From Candidatus Zixiibacteriota bacterium (GTDB lineage: Bacteria; Zixibacteria; MSB-5A5; UBA10806; 4484-95), in assembly GCA_029932605.1 (NCBI GenBank), contig JAOZPT010000059.1, positions 1-13,092 of the forward strand: 13,092 nt of DNA, read 5' to 3'. Under the pieces are notes generated by a model. It was not told the DNA's origin. It saw only the letters and a list, made by a program, of their open reading frames with translations, and made no database searches. Both the position numbers and the translations under genes were made by a program. Position 1 is the first letter of the stretch. Every line of letters starts with the position of its first letter. Positions 6,313 to 13,092 of the stretch are shown one piece after another.

Positions 6313-8700
6313 TTACTTCGATCTTAACTGAGCTCCAAGTTCCTTGTTTAACCTTTGACTAATCCGGCCATGAACTTCCTCAACCTCATCATCGGTCAAG
6401 GTATGGTCTTTCGACCGATAAATTATCCTGAAAGCGATACCTTTCATACCTTCGGAAACGTTTTTTCCCTTGTACAAATCGAATGGGAATACATCCTCCA
6501 CGATATCACCGGCAACTTTTTTAATTAAAGAGATAATCTCCTTAGCAGGTATACTCTGGTCAACAATTATAGCTATATCCCTATTTGAGGCTGGAAATCT
6601 CGGCAAAGGTTTAAAATAACTCTGTCTTAAGGCATACTCACAAAAGATATCAAATTCCAGTTCAGCTAAAAAGGATTCCTGTTTAATTCCAACAATTTTA
6701 GCTACATCAGAAGAAATTCTGCCAAGCCGACCCCATATCTTATCATTATCTTTTATCATATAAGAACAATCATCCGCAAAATGAGAACTATTACAGGGCT
6801 CAATTTCAAAATCGGATATTTTAAAATATTCAAAAATAGCCTCAATCTCGGCTTTAATTGAATAAAAATCGGAGAAAACCTCTTTATGCCTCCAGCTCAC
6901 AGGTTCTTCCCGACCGCTTATGGCCAAACAAATTAATTCTTTTTCCAAAGCAAGCCCATTTTTCACTGGTTTATAATATGTACCCACTTCAAACAGCTTA
7001 ATGTCTTTATTCCCATGATTGATATTATGCCTTAGAACTTTTAACATTGTCGTAGCTAAGTCGGGTCTCAAAGCAGACATCTCCTCCGAGATGGGATTCT
7101 GAAGCTTTACGAAATCGATTTCGTTATCAATTTTGATCAATTGACGACCGTCAACAAGAGTCAATGGAAATATCTCTACAAACCCGCGCCCCACCAAGAA
7201 ATTCCTGAGACGGTCTATAACTTTCGCCTTTGGGGTGATCTCAGCTCCAAGTGTACCTCCTGCCCGGTAAACCTCCGGGATTTTGTCAAGACCATAGATA
7301 CGGGCAATCTCTTCTACTAAATCTATCTCGCGAGTCAAGTCGGGCCTAAACGACGGCTGTGTAACATCCATCAGTGAACCATCACCCTCAAACTCGATAT
7401 CAAGACCTTTAAAGATTTTATTGATTTCATTACTGTTTATATCAATCCCTAAAACAGTCCGGGCAATCTGGGGACGAAAACTAATCTTAACCGGCGAGAT
7501 TTTTTTTGGATAAACATCAACAATTCCCTTAAAAACTTTGCCATTGGCAAGTTCCGCAATAAGCTTACAGGCCCGGTTATTTGCTTTTGGTGCCATATCA
7601 GGATCCGCACCTCGCTCAAACCTCTGTGATGATTCTGTTGACAATCCTACTGTTTTAGCCCCGTAACGGATCGTAACCGGGTCAAAATACGCTGATTCTA
7701 AAAGAACCCTGGTAGTGCTTTCCGTAACTTCGGAATGTAATCCACCCATAATTCCCGCCAGTGCTACAGGTTCTTCGGCATTGGTAATCAATAAATGTTT
7801 ACTATTAAGTATCCTTTCGACCTCATCAAGAGTGACAAACTTTTCACCTTCATATGCCCGCCTTACTTGAACTTTTGCGGTCTTGAAATAATCATAGTCG
7901 AAAGCATGCAAGGGGTGGCCGGTCTCCAGAAGAACATAATTAGTTATATCAACAATATTATTTATAGGGCGAAGACCAAGATAATAAAGCCTTAATTTTA
8001 ACCATAAAGGTGACGGCCTGACCTTAACATCAGAAATCAACCTGCCTGTATAACGCGGACAGCCATCAGGATCATCTATTTCAATTGTCAAATTGGATGA
8101 AACCTCCGGGCCTGTTTCATCAATAGATGTTTCCGGGAATTTTAATTTTCCACCCAGAAGCGCTTTTAATTCACGAGCAATACCGATGTGAGAAAGACAA
8201 TCAGGTCGATTGGGGGTTATCTCCAGCTCGAAAATGTAATCGTTGAGAGCGAGGATATCCTCTATCGGCCTACCAGGTTTATACCCATCCGCAAGTTCGA
8301 TAACGATAGTATGGTCATCTGAAATACCAAGCTCATCCTCGGCAAGTATCATGCCCGAGGACTCTACTCCACGTATTGTGGCTTTTTTAAGCTTGTTATT
8401 TCCAGCAAGCACAGCACCTTCTCCAGCGAAAAATACCTTCATCCCGATTTTTAAGTTCGGCGCTCCACATACAACTGATACTTTACCTTCACCAGTATCA
8501 ACATTACAAATAGTTAATTTATTAGCATTAGGATGAGGCTTAATATCGGTAATCGTTGCCGTGACAACTCCCTTAATCTCAAAACCTTTATTCTCTATTG
8601 TCTCAACCTCCGAGCCGGACATCGTTAAAAGATAGGCTACCTCTTCAGGGGAGGCGTCAAAATCAAGCAGTTCCTTTAACCAGTTGTAACTAATCTTCAT
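6313..8700 (-). CDS. pheT: Phenylalanine--tRNA ligase beta subunit
   Basis: MKISYNWL, HPNANKL, VVCGAPN, LEITPNRPDCLS, VDITNY, RFERG and DLVEEIARIYG motifs, plus a C-terminal FDX-ACB domain. Start overlaps the pheS stop (TGATG). Confidence 0.98.
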   Translation of the reverse strand: MKISYNWLKELLDFDASPEEVAYLLTMSGSEVETIENKGFEIKGVVTATITDIKPHPNANKLTICNVDTGEGKVSVVCGAPNLKIGMKVFFAGEGAVLAGNNKLKKATIRGVESSGMILAEDELGISDDHTIVIELADGYKPGRPIEDILALNDYIFELEITPNRPDCLSHIGIARELKALLGGKLKFPETSIDETGPEVSSNLTIEIDDPDGCPRYTGRLISDVKVRPSPLWLKLRLYYLGLRPINNIVDITNYVLLETGHPLHAFDYDYFKTAKVQVRRAYEGEKFVTLDEVERILNSKHLLITNAEEPVALAGIMGGLHSEVTESTTRVLLESAYFDPVTIRYGAKTVGLSTESSQRFERGADPDMAPKANNRACKLIAELANGKVFKGIVDVYPKKISPVKISFRPQIARTVLGIDINSNEINKIFKGLDIEFEGDGSLMDVTQPSFRPDLTREIDLVEEIARIYGLDKIPEVYRAGGTLGAEITPKAKVIDRLRNFLVGRGFVEIFPLTLVDGRQLIKIDNEIDFVKLQNPISEEMSALRPDLATTMLKVLRHNINHGNKDIKLFEVGTYYKPVKNGLALEKELICLAISGREEPVSWRHKEVFSDFYSIKAEIEAIFEYFKISDFEIEPCNSSHFADDCSYMIKDNDKIWGRLGRISSDVAKIVGIKQESFLAELEFDIFCEYALRQSYFKPLPRFPASNRDIAIIVDQSIPAKEIISLIKKVAGDIVEDVFPFDLYKGKNVSEGMKGIAFRIIYRSKDHTLTDDEVEEVHGRISQRLNKELGAQLRSK

Positions 8701-9713
8701 CAGAATTGCCTTATAAACCTAACATCGTTTTCATACAAAAGGCGAATATCATCAATCTGATAACGCAACATTGTAATGCGGTCAACACCCATACCAAAAG
8801 CAAACCCCGTGTATTTCTCGCTATCGTATCCAACTGTCTTAAATACCTCCGGGTCAACCATACCGGCACCGGATATCTCCAGCCATCCATTATACTTACA
8901 TACTCGGCACCCTTTCCCTCCGCAGATTATACAGGAAAAATCATATTCAACCGACGGTTCGGTAAAAGGGAAAAAGTGTGGCCTGAACCGAACCTTGACA
9001 TTTTTACCGAACATAGTCCTGGCAAAAGCTGTGATTGTTCCCTTTAAATCACCAAAGGATACTCCCTCATCAACATACAAACCTTCACATTGATAAAATA
9101 CAGGCGAATGTGAAGCATCAGGCGTATCCGAACGATAACACCTCCCCGGTGCAATAATTTTGACAGGTGGTTTTTTCTTCTCCATGGTTCGAATCTGCAC
9201 AGGTGATGTATGAGTTCTGAGTAATATTCCCTTTTTAATATAGAAAGTGTCCGACAGGTCACGCGAGGGATGATCCTCAGGCGTATTTAAAGCATCGAAA
9301 TTATAGTAATCGGTTTCTACATCAGGACCATGGGCGACCTCGAAACCCATGCCATGAAAGATAGTTATGATATCATCAACCGTCTGCAGAAGAGGGTGTT
9401 TATGGCCTATGAAACTTGCTCTTACAGGAAGAGTATAATCGAAAAACTCCTTTTTAAATACTTCTCTGAAAGCTTTATCTGTTAGTTCAATTTTATCTTG
9501 AATAACTTTTTTAATACGGTTAAGTTCGGCACCCAATTTAGGGCGCATTTCGGTCGGAACTTTACTTACCATCCCGTAAAACTCAGATAATCTCCCTTTA
9601 CGGCTGAGAAGCTCAATTTTTATAGCGTCGAGAGCTTTTTTATCGTTTACCGATTCCAGTTTTGACAGAGCAAAGCTCTCAAATTCTTTTATTTTATTTA
9701 AAATATCGTCCAT
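8700..9713 (-). CDS. pheS: Phenylalanine--tRNA ligase alpha subunit
   Basis: NFDALN, DTFY, LRTHTSPVQIR, FPFTEPS, the CxxC..CxxC insert and GFAFGMG motifs. Confidence 0.98.
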   Translation of the reverse strand: MDDILNKIKEFESFALSKLESVNDKKALDAIKIELLSRKGRLSEFYGMVSKVPTEMRPKLGAELNRIKKVIQDKIELTDKAFREVFKKEFFDYTLPVRASFIGHKHPLLQTVDDIITIFHGMGFEVAHGPDVETDYYNFDALNTPEDHPSRDLSDTFYIKKGILLRTHTSPVQIRTMEKKKPPVKIIAPGRCYRSDTPDASHSPVFYQCEGLYVDEGVSFGDLKGTITAFARTMFGKNVKVRFRPHFFPFTEPSVEYDFSCIICGGKGCRVCKYNGWLEISGAGMVDPEVFKTVGYDSEKYTGFAFGMGVDRITMLRYQIDDIRLLYENDVRFIRQF

Positions 9714-9717
9714 TTAT

Positions 9718-9741
9718 CAAAAGGGCTTCCACAGAAAGCCC
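9718..9741 (-). terminator. Intrinsic terminator-like hairpin between rplT and pheS
   Basis: Minus strand GGGCTTTC-TGT-GGAAGCCC followed by TTTTGAT. The U tract is short. Confidence 0.55.
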
Positions 9742-9779
9742 GTTCGTATTAGGGCGTTAATGAGAAAGATTGATCGCAA

Positions 9780-10130
9780 CTAACTGGCTTTTATAGCCTC
9801 GACGATTTGCCTAAAAGCTTCACTATCTCTTACAGCTATATCAGCAAGGATCTTGCGGTCCAATTTAATATCAGCTTTTTTTAGACCATCAAAAAATTGC
9901 GAATATGAAAGACCATAAAGGCGAGCAGCCGCGTTAATCCTTATAATCCATAACCTACGGAACTCTCTTTTCCTATTACGACGGTCACGATAGGCGTAAG
10001 CCAGCCCCTTTTGAACCGTTTCACGAGCAGTACGATATAATCTACTCCGAGCACCATAATTACCCTTTGCCGCCCTTAAATATTTTTTATGCCGGTATCT
10101 GGTCGATTTACTATTAGTTGATCGAGGCAT
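9780..10130 (-). CDS. rplT: 50S ribosomal protein L20 (bL20)
   Basis: [26 protein letters not shown] and [10 protein letters not shown] motifs. SD AGGAG. Confidence 0.98.
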   Translation of the reverse strand: MPRSTNSKSTRYRHKKYLRAAKGNYGARSRLYRTARETVQKGLAYAYRDRRNRKREFRRLWIIRINAAARLYGLSYSQFFDGLKKADIKLDRKILADIAVRDSEAFRQIVEAIKAS

Positions 10131-10157
10131 ACTTTTCTCTCCTAAAAAGTCCCCTCT

Positions 10158-10352
10158 TTAGTAAGGAACCATTCTTTTTACACGTTTAGTATCAGTCGAA
10201 TGAACTAAAGCTGATTTTCTCAACTGCCTTTTACGTTTGCTTGTTTTTTTTGTTAATATATGCCCCTTAAAAGGTCGATTCCTTTTTATCTTTCCCGTTT
10301 TTGTTTTTCTAAACCTTTTTGCCGCAGATCTGTTAGTCTTTATCTTAGGCAT
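10158..10352 (-). CDS. rpmI: 50S ribosomal protein L35 (bL35)
   Basis: [14 protein letters not shown] and HILTKK motifs. 64 aa, between infC and rplT. Confidence 0.98.
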   Translation of the reverse strand: MPKIKTNRSAAKRFRKTKTGKIKRNRPFKGHILTKKTSKRKRQLRKSALVHSTDTKRVKRMVPY

Positions 10353-10471
10353 CTCATTCTCCCATTCTGGGCTAAATATATGTTAAAACAATTATATACG
10401 CAACAAAAACTAAACAGCGTTAGCTAAACTACTTTATTAAGTCCAAGCCCGGCCTAAAACCGACTCCGGTT

Positions 10472-10987
10472 TTATTTTTTCAAGCTGAAAATCAACGACA
10501 TGCGCCGGCCTTCCATAACAATGGAACCCTCCGGCTCAGCAATATCTGCAATATCAACCTTCACTCTATCCAATATCCTTACACCAAGTTCCCGATGAAC
10601 CATTTCTCGACCCCTGAATTCAACATACACTTTAACCTTATTCCCATGCTTTAAAAAGTTAATTATATGCTTTAACTTAAACCGATAATCATGCTCCTCC
10701 GTTTTAGGACGAAATCTCATCTCCTTAAGTTGAATTACATGCTGTTTCTTCTTAGCAATCTTAGCTTTTTTAGACTGTTCATATTGATACTTACCAAAAT
10801 CCATTATCTTACAAACCGGAGGTTTTCCCTTGGGCGCTACTTCCACAAGGTCTAACCCCTTATCTCTTGCTATTTCAAGCGCTTTAGCGGTATCCACTAT
10901 TCCGACTTGCTCTCCATCAACACCTATCAACCTAACCTCGGGAACTCTGATGTCCTTATTAACTCGAACTCCACTCTCTTTTGCTAT
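10472..10987 (-). CDS. infC: Translation initiation factor IF-3; probable ATA start at 10987 (171 aa) rather than the track's TTG at 10930
   Basis: The in-frame extension IAKESGVRVNKDIRVPEVRLIG restores the conserved IF3 N-terminal R-N-x-x-I-R...VRLI motif. AGGAGG lies 7 nt upstream of the ATA. LDLVEVAP, PPVCKIMDFGKY and FRGRE motifs are present. Confidence 0.95.
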   Translation of the reverse strand: MAKESGVRVNKDIRVPEVRLIGVDGEQVGIVDTAKALEIARDKGLDLVEVAPKGKPPVCKIMDFGKYQYEQSKKAKIAKKKQHVIQLKEMRFRPKTEEHDYRFKLKHIINFLKHGNKVKVYVEFRGREMVHRELGVRILDRVKVDIADIAEPEGSIVMEGRRMSLIFSLKK

Positions 10988-10998
10988 TAAAACACCTC

Positions 10999-12924
10999 CT
11001 AATCTATAGACCTAGTCTTTATTTTTTGTAACAACTCAGCCAAAATACTTCTCGGATCGGTCAACCCGATATCTCCTATCCTATGTTTTCGGACAGAAAC
11101 TTTACCCTCTGAAGCTTCCTTTTTACCAACAATCAGCATATAGGGTATCTTTAATGTTTCAGCCTCACGTATCTTATAACCGATCTTCTGGTTTCTCTTA
11201 TCAACCTCAACCCGTACCCCTGACGATACAAACATATCAGCGATTCTATCAGCATAATCGTTTACCTCATCAACAACTAGCAATATCTTAACCTGTACAG
11301 GAGCCAACCATACCGGAAAATTCCCAGCATAATGTTCAACCAACACACCAAAAAATCTCTCTATTGAACCCAGTAATGCCCTGTGGACCATCACAGTCTG
11401 ATGTTCAGAACCATCTTCACCTGTATAAGTGATACCAAATTTTTCTGGAAGGTTGAAATCCACCTGGATTGTGGTGCATTGCCAGGCTCTACCAAATGCA
11501 TCTTTTATATGAACATCAATCTTAGGCCCGTAAAATACTCCCGCTCCTGGATCCATCTTGTATTCCAATTCTTTTTTCCTGAGAGCCATCTTTAAAGCTT
11601 CAGTAGCCTTATCCCAGATTTCCTGAGAACCAACATATTTCTCCGGTTGGGTCGAAAGATGTGTCTCATATTCGTTAAACCCAAATGCCTTCAAAAAGAA
11701 CAGATTAAAATCTAAAAGCTTTAATAACTCATCCTCAAGTTGATCTGGACGGCAGAACACATGGGCATCATCCTGTGTAAATCCCCGTACTCGAGATAAC
11801 CCATGAAGCACACCCGACCGCTCGAAACGATAAACGGTACCAAGTTCAGCCCATCTAAACGGAAGATCTCTATATGACCGTTTCTTATTTTTATATATAT
11901 AAATGTGAAACGGACAATTCATCGGCTTTAACTGGTACTGTTGACCTTCTACAGGCATCGGATCAAACATGCTATCACGGTAAAAATCAAGATGACCAGA
12001 TTTATGCCAGAGGTTTATTTTGGCTATATGCGGTGAGTAAACAAGCTCGTAACCGTTTTTAAGATGTTCCTCCCGCCAGAAATTTTCAATTATATTCCTT
12101 ACTATCGCACCCTTGGGATGCCATAATACTAACCCCGGACCAATATCATCATTTATAGAGAATAAATCCAGGGCCTTACCAAGAATGCGATGGTCACAGA
12201 GCTTGGCCTGTTCAAGCTTCTCAAGATGTTCTTTCAGCATTTTCTTTTCCGGGAAAGAGACACCGTAAATACGCCAAAGCATTTTTTTGTTTTCATCACC
12301 TCGCCAGTAAGAACCAGCAACACTTAGCAATTTAAAAGCTTTTACTTTGCCGGTCGAGGGAATATGAGGCCCGCGGCACATATCAATAAAATCACCATGA
12401 GCATAAAGACTAACGGTTTCACTTTCAAATTCAGAGACCATCTCCGCCTTGTAAATATCGCCCTCATCATTAAATTTTTTAATCGCCTTCTCTATAGGTA
12501 TTTCCAACCTTTTAAAGGGTAAATCCTTGGCAATTATTTTAGACATCTCAGCCTCTATAGCTCCCAAATCATCCTCTGTAAGTGGTTGTGGCAAATCGAT
12601 ATCATAATAAAATCGAGCTGAGAAATCATTAGGGATAGCCGGACCAATTGCCAGTTTTGCCTTTGGATATAGATGCAATATAGCAGAGGCCATAATGTGA
12701 GCTGTCGAATGCCAGAATATCTCCTTACCCTCATCATCCTCATATGTGATAATCTTTATATCAGCATCCGACTGGATTGGGGTATCAAGGTCTACTAATC
12801 GACCATTGACCTTGGCTGCTAAAGCCACTTTTTTAAGACCCTGACCGATTATGGCCGCCACCTCTGCGGGTGTAACCCCCGAAGGAAACTCCCTTTTAGT
12901 TTTATCTGGAAATGTAAGTATCAT
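10999..12924 (-). CDS. thrS: Threonine--tRNA ligase
   Basis: N-terminal TGS domain, editing domain (HSTAH, DMCRGPH), DHRILG, KPMNCPFH, RVRGFTQDDAH, FYGPKID, HRALLGSIERF and an anticodon-binding C-terminus. Confidence 0.99.
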   Translation of the reverse strand: MILTFPDKTKREFPSGVTPAEVAAIIGQGLKKVALAAKVNGRLVDLDTPIQSDADIKIITYEDDEGKEIFWHSTAHIMASAILHLYPKAKLAIGPAIPNDFSARFYYDIDLPQPLTEDDLGAIEAEMSKIIAKDLPFKRLEIPIEKAIKKFNDEGDIYKAEMVSEFESETVSLYAHGDFIDMCRGPHIPSTGKVKAFKLLSVAGSYWRGDENKKMLWRIYGVSFPEKKMLKEHLEKLEQAKLCDHRILGKALDLFSINDDIGPGLVLWHPKGAIVRNIIENFWREEHLKNGYELVYSPHIAKINLWHKSGHLDFYRDSMFDPMPVEGQQYQLKPMNCPFHIYIYKNKKRSYRDLPFRWAELGTVYRFERSGVLHGLSRVRGFTQDDAHVFCRPDQLEDELLKLLDFNLFFLKAFGFNEYETHLSTQPEKYVGSQEIWDKATEALKMALRKKELEYKMDPGAGVFYGPKIDVHIKDAFGRAWQCTTIQVDFNLPEKFGITYTGEDGSEHQTVMVHRALLGSIERFFGVLVEHYAGNFPVWLAPVQVKILLVVDEVNDYADRIADMFVSSGVRVEVDKRNQKIGYKIREAETLKIPYMLIVGKKEASEGKVSVRKHRIGDIGLTDPRSILAELLQKIKTRSID

Positions 12925-12934
12925 ACTACATATT

Positions 12935-12964
12935 AAAACAGACCACTCCTATTACAGGGTGGTC
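12935..12964 (-). terminator. Hairpin plus short U tract between tRNA-Val and thrS (terminator or leader structure)
   Basis: Minus strand GACCAC-CCT-GTAAT-AGG-A-GTGGTC followed by TGTTTT. Confidence 0.5.
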
Positions 12965-13017
12965 ATCAATTTCAATTTCTCAATCTATCAGGACATCCTT
13001 AAAATTTTCAATTCTAA

Positions 13018-13092
13018 TGGTGGGCGATACTGGAATTGAACCAGTGACCTCTTGCATGTCAAGCAAGCACTCTAACCAACTGAGCTAATCGC
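13018..13092 (-). tRNA. tRNA-Val(GAC); about 2 nt at the 5' end lie outside the window
   Basis: Reverse complement GCGATTAGCTCAGTTGGTTAGAGTGCTTGCTT-GAC-ATGCAAGAGGTCACTGGTTCAATTCCAGTATCGCCCACCA has a D arm, CTTGC/GCAAG anticodon stem, GTTCAA T loop and encoded CCA. Confidence 0.97.

Noticed and set aside
8895..8935. CxxC..CxxC motif in PheS as a novelty
   Set aside because: This insert is common in PheS from many bacterial phyla.
10472..10930. TTG at 10930 as the infC start
   Set aside because: It truncates the conserved IF3 N-terminal motif. The upstream ATA has a stronger, well-spaced SD.
12965..13017. Integration site or T-box downstream of tRNA-Val
   Set aside because: There is no integrase gene, I noticed no duplicated tRNA 3' end, and the 93-bp gap to thrS is too short for a T-box.
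701..13039. Other short plus-strand and alternative-frame ORFs in the track (e.g. 701..991, 2999..3367, 5313..5603, 8706..9047, 12851..13039)
   Set aside because: All overlap well-supported conserved genes and show no recognisable motifs, so they are treated as shadow ORFs.

Overview
A conserved housekeeping super-operon, all on the minus strand. In transcription order: tRNA-Val(GAC) (cut by the right edge), thrS, infC (probable ATA start), rpmI, rplT, pheS, pheT, a ZapB-like coiled-coil protein, zapA, rny, a YmdB/TIGR00282 phosphoesterase, folD, xseA and a small MerR-type HTH regulator. A ~440 bp AT-rich intergenic region follows, then the start of a gene with a signal peptide that runs off the left edge. 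The order pheT/coiled-coil/zapA/rny resembles FCB-group bacteria (inference only). I see no transposase, cas, phage or defence gene, and no clearly new protein system. The least explained part is 190-526: two near-identical 37-bp direct repeats, each followed by a strong hairpin, just downstream of overlapping divergent sigma70-like promoters. Smaller points are the non-canonical infC start, no xseB, ihfA or 6S RNA at their usual positions, and several leader hairpins.
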